Assembly (NCBI RefSeq): GCF_016432865.1
Contig: NC_067400.1
Span: forward strand, 381,548,001-381,612,000
DNA from: Antechinus flavipes
Lineage: Eukaryota
DNA length: 64,000 bases
Direction of reading: 5' to 3'
Shown here: positions 49,423 to 61,518 of the stretch, in pieces
How the letters are laid out: each line of letters begins with the position of its first letter
How positions within the stretch are numbered: position 1 is the stretch's first letter
Program-made: the position numbers and the translations under genes
The notes under the pieces: model-generated
Seen by the model: the letters and a program-made list of their open reading frames with translations, nothing else
Told to the model about the DNA's origin: nothing
Database searches by the model: none

Positions 49423-52400
49423 AAAACCAGAAAAAAATTTAAGAAAGAAAAAAAAAGGCAATTTGATATGCAAGCACTATACGGGGAGACTCTTATATAG
49501 TACCTACTACAAGTCAGGCTCTATGCTAAGTATTTTACAAATATTATCTCATTTGATCCTGCAGGGTAGGTACTATCATTATCCCCATTTGACAGATAGA
49601 GACACTAAAGCAAAAATTTACCCTCTATCACAAACTAATGACTGAGGTTGGATTTGAATTTATATCTACTTGTTATTAGCTCCCAGCTCTCTATATACTT
49701 TGCCACCTAGCTGCCTTGGTGATTGGTTTAAGGAAGCTGAATGAGAGGCAGGAAATAGAAATTACTCTAATTAAAATAATTTCAAACTTAATGACTTAGA
49801 AAATGATGATAGCATAAATAGAACTGAAAAATTTCATAGTTAAGTTTGGGAGTAATTCCAGCTGGTTTTGGATATAAATTTGAAGTTCTGATGAGACACG
49901 CAACTAGAGATTTCCATCAAGGAAATGGAAATGAAAGAGAGAAGTCTCCAAATGATATACATTTGGAATTGATAAATCATATATGAGTTGATACTTGAAA
50001 CCTAGGATTAGATGAGACTTCAAAGCATGAAGACATGCATAAAGATTCCAAGTGTAAAACCTTGGTACCGTTGATGTTGAACAAGAGGAAAATGATTCAG
50101 CAAATTAAGCATAAAATTAGTAATCAGAGCAGAGAATCCATTTCTTTGATGAAAACTTCGATCTCAGTAGAATGCATTGTGTCAATTTACCATGTTAAAA
50201 TTGCTGCTGTTCTAACTTCATTCACCTGATTTTTTTTCCTGACCTTTGGGGCTATCCCAATAAACAACACCTAGTACATAGTATTAGGAAATGGAATTTT
50301 GTTGTTGGATTACAAAACCCAGAATCTTGGTAAATGTTGAAGTTTTACTTTTCTTATAGTTTTTTTAAATGCCATATTATCTTTGGCTAAATCTTTTTCT
50401 TTTTTTCCTGATTTTTTTAGTATCATGTTTTTGTCATAGTCAAAATGAAGTTTTAGGAAAGTAATGAAGTAAAATTTTTCTTTTCTTTGGACCTTGCTGA
50501 TCTACTCAGTGTAGCTTACGGTATTACCTCTCCCCATGAGGGGCCTTGGAAGATGGCAGTATAGCAATATGGATAGAATTTGTCCATGTCATAGTAAGAT
50601 TTATGCTACTCATTTTTGAAAGTATGCTTATGCTACTTTGCTGGAATGCATGGAAATTCTTAATTCTGCAGAATTTTTTCTTATGAATCAGTTTAAGGAA
50701 GGTGAAATATATACATATATATTTTTTTCTAGAAGAGAACTGAAAGGGAGATTAGATCATATGATATGATAAACTACTATCTTGGATTATACATGTTTCA
50801 TCCAAACCAGGATCCTGTCCCTGACAGTAATATGTAGGAATGTGTTACAGAAAGAGAGCTTTGGTGTTCTCTTTGACCATCAATTTAAAACATTCCAATT
50901 TCATTTCAACAAGCAAATTAAGGCATTTTATGTACTGTTAGAAGATCTGGGTTCAAATCCTCTGAGTACAGTATTTAGAAAGCTGGACTTGGTCAAAATA
51001 CAAAAGAACTGAATTTGAAACTTCTATTCTTTTAATCCCTGCTATGTCTTGGGTGAGTAATTTAGTCATTCTTATCTACCATTTCTTCGTCTTTATAATT
51101 AGGCATTGTTCTAATTATTTTTGGAATATCTTCTGGATTTATATTCTATTTCTCTGATGAACATGTAATCTTAGACCTGTTACTTAAACTTCTTAAATCT
51201 ACCATTTTTTCTTCTGTCAAATGATTTGTATAGTTTTAAATGGACTCTTAAGTTCTACTTTAAGGCTAAAACCACCTATGATCAAGGAATTTATATAAAT
51301 CTTTTAGAAGCTATTCCTATTTTCATTATATATGATTTATTGGTTATAATGACTTTTTTGAGTAAATAGGAAATCCAGACTACCATTAACAATGGAAGTT
51401 TAATTCCTGTTGCAATTTCTTTAGCTTTTCTCATTGGCCCACAATTGCCTTTTTTTTCTCCTCTATATAAAACAATCAATCAGTCAAAGATTTCCCCCCA
51501 CTTTATTAGATCTTTTTTTTTTTTTTAATTTCCTCCCCACAATGAACATGTAACTCTTGGTAAGTAAGGATTTGAAAACAATAACTAATGCCTATTTTGT
51601 GAACTACTACTTACATAAATTAGTCCTATGAGTGAATGTATTGCAAATATAAACATTTATTTAATCTTATCCATTTTACTTTGTGAATTTATATGATCCT
51701 CTTTTTTAGTCTCTCCTGATATATTCTAATTTCAGGTTTTGAATTTGAATATCTGTTTTGAATTACAGGAAAGAGAATTCAAGGAATTTCATTTTAAAAT
51801 GAAGTTAAAAAAAAAAACTTTAAAAAAGCAGTGATCTTATACAAGTGCAGGACACTGGGGTTTTTAAAAAAATAAACCTAATCAGATAAGGTTTATTTAA
51901 CACTACCAAATTTATATAATGCTTCAAAATGTGCAAATTTCTTTTCTCACAGAAATCTTGTGAAGCAAGTAGTTTTATTATCTCTATTTTTTTCACATAA
52001 AAATCCAATGCTTTAGAGAAACAGAGCTCACAAAAAATTGGGAACTCTATAAAAGTTCCAAAATCCTTTTCTTTAAGTCATAACTTTTGTCTCATAGATT
52101 TTGATCATATAAATGTAGTTTTAGCTATTTTTCACTTAACATTTTATTCTTATTTGCCTTTTTAAAAAACCAATCTTCCATTCATATGGTAGTTTAGGAA
52201 ATTTTCCAGCATCTTTTCTTTTTGATGTATTTATATTAAAAAAAAAATCAGTGTTTCCTATCATATTGCTTCTTTTATTTTAACCTCTACAATTCCAGAT
52301 CTTTTGATTTAAAATACATTAGTGCAATTGTGTGTGTTTGTGTGAGTATGTGTATGATACCCATATCATGAATATCTGTGATTTCCTATGAAGGGAATAT

Positions 52401-52839
52401 TATTTCTTCTCTTATCTTATAGTTCTTGACCCCTGAAACTCAGGAGATATGTAATATTCCTCTATTTTCTATTATGACATCAATTTTTTATTTACTAGTA
52501 TAAGAAGATATTATGTGGTTTACCACATTCACTTATGTCATCTCCTAGATGCAGCATCATATTTAATTTTGCCATTTCCAAGCTCTACAGTGATCCAGAG
52601 GTATGGATTGATGGTTTCTTATTAAATAACAAAATTGCAAACTCTTTCTCAATCAGTTGTCTTTATTTACCCACTCCAGCTCATTAAATATTATTTACCA
52701 AATAAACTTAGGAAATATCCTTTTTCAATAGAAGGTACTCATATTCAATTTTTAAACCACTGAAATCAATACTAAAACTAAGATATAGGCAACTATCTAC
52801 AGCAAATTGATTATCAAAATTTAAGTCAGAATACATACA

Positions 52840-52842
<3 letters not shown>

Positions 52843-52884
<42 letters not shown>
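52843..52884. repeat. (CA)n microsatellite
   Basis: Direct read. Confidence 0.98.
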
Positions 52885-52887
<3 letters not shown>

Positions 52888-53179
52888 ATAGCAGGTTAAT
52901 CCACATCAAGAAAAAGTTACCATCAAGTTTATTCTGCAGAATGTTTAAAGTCTCTTAAGAATCTTCATAGTTTTCTCTAAAATAAGTTTTAAATTAAGTA
53001 TCTTGGGAAATAAGATATATTCATACATTTCCTTTTTTCTCTTTTCATGTATTATAGAGAATTTTGTTTCTAGAATACAATGTACATGCAAAGTCTTCAA
53101 AGATTTTTAACAGAATTATCTTTCTCTCCTAGCCTTTTGCCCCCTGCCCCCCTCTATAAATGAATAGATATATTATGTA

Positions 53180-53560
53180 CTAAAACTACATATAATTATG
53201 TAACATAAAATAACACAATTCTACAAATGTAAATATACAAATTGTTAATATTTATATTTAATAATTTATTACCTATTTTATTATTTAATTATATAATTAT
53301 ATATATAAGTTTGAATGTATATGTTTGATATAATTATTGTATTATATTATATAGTATATGTAATTACTAACAACTAAATATATAAATGACAAAATTATAG
53401 TATGAAATACATATAATATATATGCCATTCATATAAATATAAATATGTTATATACTTTAATATTATATAACATATTATATATAATATTTCATAAATCACA
53501 GAATTACAATATAATTATAGCATATAATTAAATAGCATGAAATAAAATTATATGTGTATG
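53180..53560. repeat. AT-rich low-complexity tract
   Basis: Almost entirely A/T with TA-dinucleotide periodicity. Confidence 0.85.
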
Positions 53561-55759
53561 TATGCATGTATGCATATATATGTATAGTAGGCATTGAAAT
53601 GTAAAAGAAAACACCTTCAAATGCAAAAAAAAAATAATATTTCCCTATCACTAGATAGAATTTGCATTTGAAGATACCAGAAAAAAATGAATTCACCTCT
53701 AGGGCAAGGATGCTTTCATACCTTTGTGGCTAGCTACTCATCTGCAACTAAAGGTGAATGAAAAGTAAAACTGATTGATTTGGGACCTATCATCCTAAAG
53801 CAAAATGGAGTATCTTCTTGAAGAAAGGGACTTTTAATCCAGAAAGGGACTGAACTACTCTTACATCCTAACTGGAAACAGCAAATAATCTTAGAGCTGA
53901 GTCTCTGAGAAAGTATAAAGGAAGACTGGCTTCTGCTTAAGAATTACTTTAGTTCAAAGAGCACACCAGAGGTGACTTGTAAGCTAGTAGTAGTTAACTA
54001 TACTCAGGGCTCTCCATAGGACCCTGAAAATAGCAAATTCCAGCCCTCTAAGAATTCAGTTTGTCATTATGAAGAGTACTTGGGCCAGTAACCCAATTGA
54101 AGCATTCTAGATGAAGAGAGCATATTCCCACATAGCCTAGCCAATAAATAGTAAGCTGAGAAAAAGTTGAACTATTCATTGAAAAGCAAGGGAGTCCACT
54201 GGATCAATTCATATAGCAGAAACACCACACCTTGAATCAACGGGCTGAATTACTCAGCTTGACAGCTGGAATCAAGTAATAGAATGACCTGCCTGATACT
54301 GCTCAGCAAAACTTGCCCCATTTCAAAACTCTTCAATAGCAGTCAAACCCAGTAGGAGTCTAATGCAGTAGCATGAGTATGCAACATGATTTGAGTCCAT
54401 TAGGAAATTGACTCATACAGAGAAAGAAATTATAACTTTAGAGGATTCAGTGGCGTACTGATCATTAGAATGACATCCATCATCAATATTAAGTACATTT
54501 CACAAGAAAGAAAGAACTTTGAGTCCCTGCATTTTCAAAATTGTGAATTGTCTTGGCTACATGTGGTTCCTTCTTTTTGACTCCAGTACATTATATTTTA
54601 AATATGTGTCTGCTTTCCTTCCCTTAGCCTTCCTTTGTATTTTTGGAACATTGAATGTTGGATTTTTAGGAAAATATTTTTAAACAATTGTTTTTGCTAT
54701 GCTGACTCTTCTAGAGAACAAATTCTCCTTACTTATTGTTAATGGGAAGCATAAGAGTGGAGGCTTGTGAGTTAGTGTTAGTGGACTAGCAATCCTCAAG
54801 TTTCTCCGTAATATCCCCATCTGAGGATCTAATCTATTACTATGAGGAGGAGTTGGCTCAGTAAACCCAGAAAGAAAAACTTATCATTGATCTTCTGAAG
54901 GACATGATTATTGATCATGGAAATGATTAGCAATCTATTATTCAGAATTGTTTTCCTTTATCTGACCTTAAAGAACTACTGCTGGGTCCAAAGGGCATAG
55001 CACTGAAATCAGGCTTTTGGTCTAGATAAGAGTCTGAGCTTTAATGTGAGAACTTAAATTGCTTTTTCTCATATGTTTTAATTCATTAAATCCATGCCAT
55101 AAGTTTTCCGGGAAAAAATTACTTAAATATTAGATTCTTGAATCATGTCTAGAGCTTCCCCCAATGAGAAGAGAGCACAGTACATATAAATTAATTAGGA
55201 GATGGATATTATATGCTAAATAAATTTATTTTTCCAAATGAAATTACAAGAAACACAAAAGATTCATTGTTTATATTTTAAAAAACCTCACATACCTTAA
55301 AAAGAAGTCAGTAACTTAAAAATATTATGATATTCTCTTGAGATATTTGTACTTAAACCTTTTTAGAACAAAAAACAATTTGCAGTACTGCAGATTAGGT
55401 ACTATTCCTTTTATCTTGACTCTCTAATATTCAAACAACTCTTGCTCTCTGGATAACTACTTTCCATCTAAAAAGAAAGGGAAAAAAGATGCAGCACAAA
55501 ATCAGATTCATGTTGACTAGACAGGACTTACACTTTAAACATCATGTTCTTATTATACCATGGAAGTCAGGATGGAGGATGCTACAAATACTTCACACCC
55601 AATTCTTATGATGATTGCCAGAATGGATGAAATCACTGAATTTGAACTTACTCTCTTTTAAAATTCACCAAATCATCAACATTTCCAGCTCATCAGTCAA
55701 CAAAATCACTGTCAAACTATATGACATTTAGCCTTGTCACATTTAGAAGCACCCAAAGT

Positions 55760-55769
55760 TCCCATGGGA
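55760..55769. promoter_or_regulatory. Perfect O/E (EBF) site upstream of paralogue C
   Basis: TCCCATGGGA, an exact palindromic consensus, ~500 bp 5' of the ATG. Confidence 0.45.
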
Positions 55770-56237
55770 TAGACTGGACACAGTTGACACATAGTCCTAC
55801 AGATAGCCTCTATTGGGTGCATATTTTAATTCAACCCCATTATCAAATTTCCATTATATTTATATAAATTATTCTGCTTATTCTTCTTATTTCTGATATG
55901 AAGATTATTAGTTCATCACAATCTTCCCACGTTTCTCTGAGGTTACCTTCTGTGTAATATTATTTTCCGCATGTTAAAGCTTTTGTCGCTTTAGTATACT
56001 TGAATATATGAATGGGTAAACAACAAATAAATATATGAATAGGTAAACAGCAAATATATTAACCTATGGGTAATTCTGGAATTGGGTAATTCCTATATAT
56101 TTATAGGTGTTCTCCAATATAATGTAATTCCTTGAGGTCAAAAATGTGTGTATGTGTGTGTGTGCCTAGCGTATGCCTAATATGTGCATAGCCCAGTGCC
56201 TTGAGTATTTACAAATGCTTGTTAATTAATTGATTAA

Positions 56238-56252
56238 CTTATTATCTTTTAG
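56238..56252 (+). promoter_or_regulatory. Splice acceptor of paralogue C coding exon
   Basis: cttattatcttttag, AG at 56251-56252, 20 nt before the ATG. Confidence 0.7.
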
Positions 56253-56272
56253 GGAAGGAGTCTACTGTCTGA

Positions 56273-57217
56273 ATGGAAAGGCATAATCAGAGCTTTGTGA
56301 GCACATTCATCCTTATGGGGATTCCCCATGCACCAGAACTAAACACTCTCTTATTTGGTATTTTCTTAGTGATTTATGCACTGACTCTGGTGGGGAACCT
56401 CTTCATCCTTCTGGTGATTAAAGTAGACGCTCACCTCCATACTCCTATGTACTACTTCCTGGCCAATCTTTCCTTCATTGATATGTGGTTCTCCACTGTC
56501 ACTGTGCCCAAGATACTCATGGGTATTCTTTCCCCAGATGGTGGGGCCATCTCTTTTCATAGCTGTGCTGCCCAGCTCTATTTTTTCCACATTCTGGGAA
56601 GCACTGAGTGTTTTCTCTACACAGTCATGTCCTATGACCGCTACCTGGCCATCACTTATCCCCTGCGCTATGCTACCATGATGGGCAGGAAAACTTGTGC
56701 CCTTCTAGCTGGAGGCACATGGCTCAGTGGTGCTATCCACTCAGCAGCCCAGACTGCCCTGACCTTCCGCCTGCCCTACTGCGGCCCTAACCAGATCCAG
56801 CATTATTTCTGTGATGCACCCCCCATTCTCAAACTGGCCTGTGCAGAAACCTCAGTCAATGAGATGGTGATCTTTGTCAACATTGGCATAGTGGCTTCTG
56901 GATGCTGTTTCCTGATTTTTCTGTCTTATGTGTCCATTGTCCGTGCCATTCTGAAGATCCGCACAGCAGAGGGCAGATACAAAGCCTTCCAGACCTGTGC
57001 TTCTCATTGCATTGTGGTCCTCTGTTTCTTTGTGCCTGGTCTCATTGTTTATCTAAGACCTGGTTCCATGTATGCTGTAGACAGGATTGTGGTCATTTTC
57101 CAAACAGTGATCACACCCCTGCTGAATCCCATGGTGTACACCCTAAGGAACAAAGAGGTAAAAACAGCTTTGCTTAGGCTAAAAGATCAAAGAAATTTTA
57201 TACAAATTAAGATCTAG
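56273..57217 (+). CDS. Olfactory receptor, OR10G4/7/8/9-like paralogue C (314 aa, intact)
   Basis: Same motif set, including canonical LHTPMY. Confidence 0.95.
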   Translation: MERHNQSFVSTFILMGIPHAPELNTLLFGIFLVIYALTLVGNLFILLVIKVDAHLHTPMYYFLANLSFIDMWFSTVTVPKILMGILSPDGGAISFHSCAAQLYFFHILGSTECFLYTVMSYDRYLAITYPLRYATMMGRKTCALLAGGTWLSGAIHSAAQTALTFRLPYCGPNQIQHYFCDAPPILKLACAETSVNEMVIFVNIGIVASGCCFLIFLSYVSIVRAILKIRTAEGRYKAFQTCASHCIVVLCFFVPGLIVYLRPGSMYAVDRIVVIFQTVITPLLNPMVYTLRNKEVKTALLRLKDQRNFIQIKI

Positions 57218-57469
57218 AAATAGACCACTTTTTGCAATAAAATAAAATTTTGACTTTTTAATGAACGGTTTATTTGTGGAGTGGTAGAAATACTTTTTAT
57301 GTAAGTTTTTGCTATCAATCTATTCTGTGGGCCTCTAGAGACTTCATTTTTATCAGGTGTAAAATTTGTGTGGAAAATGTCAAATAATTTAAGTTTCCTT
57401 TCCACTCCTGTTTTCCATGCTTCTCTAATAAATTAAATTAGAAACTCTGGTGTTCTATTTTATACATAA

Positions 57470-57725
57470 AAATGTATGCATGTATACAAACATATGTGGA
57501 TATGTATATATAGCGACTTAACCATATATTTATATATACTTACAAATACATATCTTTATGTTTGTGCATATGTGTATGTGTATGTATATATTGTATGTGT
57601 ATGTGTAGAGAGAGAGAGAGAGAGCGAGAGCAAGAGAGAGAGAGAGAGCAAGGGAAGGAGGAAAAGAGGGAGGAAGGGAAGGAGATGGGGGGACAGAGAG
57701 AGAGAGAGAAAGAGAGACAAAGACA
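57470..57725. repeat. Compound (TA/TG)n and (GA)n low-complexity tract
   Basis: Direct read; explains ORFs 57476-57754 and 57562-57801. Confidence 0.9.
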
Positions 57726-58113
57726 GAATAAACCTGAGGCCAGAAGCTATCTGACTAAGGAGTGGTCAGAATCAGATAGATTGGGTGTGGAGGTTTCCTG
57801 ACACAGATTCCAAAGCTAGAAGATGTAGGACTACTGATTTATTGTTAGAACAGAAGCCTTCCAAGGTCAGGGAACCCCAAAACCACTGCTATATTTCCCT
57901 AGAAGCTATACTATATCAAAGGTGCAAAGTTTTATTGTAATTGTAATGTCAAAATTGGTCAAAGTTTCATGTTATTTACTTGATAATTTTATGGCTTTCA
58001 GGTAGGTTTTAAGGGTGGTCTTATTCACTATTGTCTCAAGAACTTGGTTATTGCTGACCAACAGATTATCTATCTGACAGTCAGTCATGTTTGTAGGACT
58101 TTTCTAATTGATA

Positions 58114-58390
58114 GACAGATTGTTAGAACAAGAGTACTCTTAAGTTAGAGGACTTCAAGATCACTAATATATCTTACCTAAAATCTAAGGGAAGAAATAT
58201 TATTATATTCCCAGGCCAGAAGACTTTTACAATCATTGACAGATTGTCAGAACAATACACTCTTAGGTCAGAGAGCCTTAGGATTACTAATACATCTTCA
58301 CTAAAATCCAAGGGAAGAAATATAATTATATCTCTCTACAATTATTGATAGACAGGATTGTTAGAACAAGAGAGCTTCAAAACCATTGCC
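58114..58390. repeat. Diverged tandem repeat, ~113-124-bp unit, ~2.3 copies
   Basis: gacag(g)attgt(t/c)agaacaa at 58114, 58238 and 58351, with shared aaaatc(t/c)aagggaagaaatat; related motif near 57835. Confidence 0.8.
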
Positions 58391-58479
58391 ATCTCCCTTA
58401 GAATTACATCATAGTTTTTAATGTATATTATTTTAAATTGATAGAAAAAAAAACATAAAGCTGATTCTGCTTTTTTTTG

Positions 58480-58948
58480 TCCCTTTTGAATTGCCTTTAC
58501 TCTCTTATGAATTTTTAAATGTTTCATTACTATTCTTTTCTTTATTACCTGCTGGTTTGTTTACATCATTATCACTATGTATAAATTGTATCTCAATATC
58601 TTCATCAATAACCTCCAATAGAAGCCCTCTCTTATACCAATGAGTATAATCAAGGAAAAACAATTTCACACATTTATTTTTTCTGTACATCCATCTCACT
58701 TTTCTGTTACAATGTTGGAAACATAATTTATTAGATGATTATTTATTTGTTTTATTTTCAGACCATTTAAGAACATCATCCTGTGAATCCATACTCTCTA
58801 GGGAATAGTGTTCCCTGTGTCATCAAATTTTAAATCATTTTTCTTTGTATTATAATGTTTATTTAGAAATGACTGAACTCTCCTTATCTAATTGGGAGAC
58901 AATATTCCCTTCTATCATTAATAGTTCCCTAGTCATTTATTAGATTAT
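58480..58948 (-). mobile_element. Old L1 3' fragment
   Basis: T-rich antisense 3' UTR-like sequence. Confidence 0.45.
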
Positions 58949-59081
58949 NNNNNNNNNNNNNNNNNNNNNNNNNNNNNNNNNNNNNNNNNNNNNNNNNNNN
59001 NNNNNNNNNNNNNNNNNNNNNNNNNNNNNNNNNNNNNNNNNNNNNNNNNNNNNNNNNNNNNNNNNNNNNNNNNNNNNNNNN
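58949..59081. other. Assembly gap (133 N)
   Basis: Run of N. Confidence 1.
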
Positions 59082-60679
59082 GAATAAGCCTGAGGCCAGA
59101 AGCTATCTGACTAAGGAGTGGTCAGAATCAGATAGATTGGGTGTGGAGGTTTCCTGACACAGATTCCAAAGCTAGTCTTAATTTTTTTCCTCTTAAAAAT
59201 CTGTTGTAATTTTAGTTCCTCTCCTCCCTTATTTTTTCCCTATTGATCATTTTCTGACTCACTCCCTTTGGATGATGGTTTCTCTAAAGGATTAAATCAC
59301 ATTATAGTGTCTCATCTTCTTCTCAAAACTGTCAATTCATGGTACACCTGCCTTGACCCAAGTTAATTGGGGAATGAGTTAGTTTTGGTACCAGTTAGAT
59401 CTTCAACTATTTTCTGCAGGCTTAGTGAAAACCACACAGTCACAGACATGTCCTGGGTAATTTTTCTTTATTTCTCAATTCTCTGGTTAAACTGGGTTTG
59501 GCAAGAGATTCCTATAATATTATCACATCTTGAAAATTTTTTGCCATTAATGTCTCCTTAGTATTAGGAGAACGATGAAGGTTGAAGTGAAGAGCTTAAT
59601 TCTTCATAATGCTACCGGGAGCGCAATAGGTTATGGTGGTGAATGTTGTACTGAGTGAACATTTTAGGAGTTAGGGATGGTTTTCTGTTTTACGTTAATT
59701 GAATTTTTATTGTGTTTGGGGTCATTATGACAGACTATGGAGATAGCTGAACTTGATTTTACCTCTTGCACATAATTCTATTTTGGAGACATGAGAGGTC
59801 ATGAGGATTGAAGAAAATATCTAATCCTCCATTTTGTTGGTGACAGGTGATCACTGGACGTCTTCAAAATGATTTTTTAAATGTTACACTAACTATATTA
59901 CTCGCAATCCCACTCTCTAGTGATTATTACCTTTAAGTTAAAATATAGAAATTTCTGATAGCATAGTAGACAAAGTACTCTACTGAGTTCTCTCAGGATA
60001 TTCTTCTGAGCAACTTCAAAATTGGATTCTAGAGTAGTAGGAGTCAAACCTAAGCCTTTTAACCCAAAGCTTAGTGAAGTTTTGATTTCTCTGTACTTTA
60101 TGTGAGAGAAAAGCATATTAGATTTAAAGACAGGGGAAGAAACTTTGAACCCCACCTTTTCTTTTTGCTGTATGACATTGAACAGTCATTTAACCTTTCT
60201 ATTGAATGATGAGGTTTGACTTAACACTTTAAACATTAACTCCTTAGTCATTTTGAATACTCTATACATTTTCAACTCATCCTTTCTTAGCTCTTAAAGA
60301 ACAGAGAACTAGACTTCTCCCAAAGTCTTCCTTTAAAGAAGGCTTAACACTTTCCTGGTAACTACTCTTCCTTAGTTGCTCACTTCTATTCCATTCTGAG
60401 CACTAACCCCCCTTTTCACCTTCCTTTTGAATACTGTCTTCCACCAATACTTTGCAACCTTTGAGAGGGAAAGTATTGTCTCCTTTTCTTACTTGTAACC
60501 TTAGCATTTATCACAGGGCTTTGCATGTAATACAAACTGAATAAATGTTGTGAATTGTTTGGAAGCTGTGTAGTTACATCATTCTCAGGATCAAAATGGA
60601 AAGTTATAGGGCACATTCCAGATAGGAATCAAAGCAGCAATATCCTGCCTATTTCAGATTACCTCTCTTTTAAAGACTA

Positions 60680-60860
60680 ATAGATATGGAACTGGGAGTC
60701 AGAAACACTGGATTTGACTGTTTTAGACATTAACCATGTGACCCTAGGCACATTAAACAAACTCTCTGAGCCTCAACTTCCCAATTTGTTAAATAAGGAA
60801 GTTGGACGAGATAATCTCAAAGATGCCTTTCTGCTCTAAGTTTGTGATTATATACTGTTA
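60680..60860 (+). mobile_element. MIR3-type SINE
   Basis: gggagtcaga head, ctctctgagcctca CORE, gataatctcaaagatgcctttctgctct tail. Confidence 0.65.
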
Positions 60861-60973
60861 AAAAAAATGAATTCTCTTTTGTATTTGTTGTTCTATCTGT
60901 GAAAATTGATTGAGAAAACTAATAACACTAAAAAGAATTCAGATAACACTTTTAAAAGAAGTTCCATTAGTTT

Positions 60974-61518
60974 TGTTATGCCTGTTTCCTTGCCTTATTT
61001 TCCCTGAATTGTAATATCTCCATTTCCCTGAATTGTTTGATATCACTTTCCCTGAATTATTCTGCCTCAGTTTCCCTTGTGGCAATCCTCTCCCCACCCC
61101 CTTCCTGGCCATTAATACTGAGATGATTAGGGCTGTGGAGCTCTGGCCATTCTGGCATTTCAAAGAGTCACAAAACTCCAGATGGCTTATCTCAAATATT
61201 TAAATGGTACTCTATCTTTCTGGCTCAGACTTCCTATATCCTGCTTTCAACTCCCAACCTGTCAGAATTAAAAAGTTATGGTCCTTCCTGAAATTGTCAC
61301 TCACCCAATGCTCCTTCCCCCTTCCCCCCTGCCTTTGTTTCCCTGATCACTGGAGCCCTATAAAAGCCTCTGGAGTTACTTGCTGGCTGCTGAATGCTCT
61401 GAGACAAAAGTCCCATTCAAGGTGGCTGGCTAGTATGGCTTTGCCAGTCCAACTTCTCCACTATTAAAATATTAAAAACCTCTAATTTCTGCCTTGCCTC
61501 AGTTTCTCCAGCATTACA
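60974..61518 (+). mobile_element. Solo ERV LTR (545 bp)
   Basis: TG..CA ends; three 24-bp-period U3 repeats (tttccctgaatt at 60999, 61023, 61047); TATAAAA at 61359; ATTAAA at 61463; 4-bp flanks GTTT/ATTT. Confidence 0.8.

Noticed and set aside
53762-53880. KVKLIDLG and ELLLHPNW look like kinase subdomains VII and XI
   Set aside because: They are ~35 aa apart rather than ~110, with a stop between and no other kinase motifs.
54440-54472. RGFSGVLIIRM resembles filovirus NP ARFSGLLIVKT; nearby KLAP/HWIN recall bornavirus N
   Set aside because: Flanking residues and spacing do not follow either protein as I recall them; matches this short are expected by chance. Kept only as an unexplained island.
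58114-58390. Repeat-spacer-like periodicity suggesting a CRISPR-type array
   Set aside because: Whole ~120-bp units are homologous (no unique spacers) and the context is mammalian.
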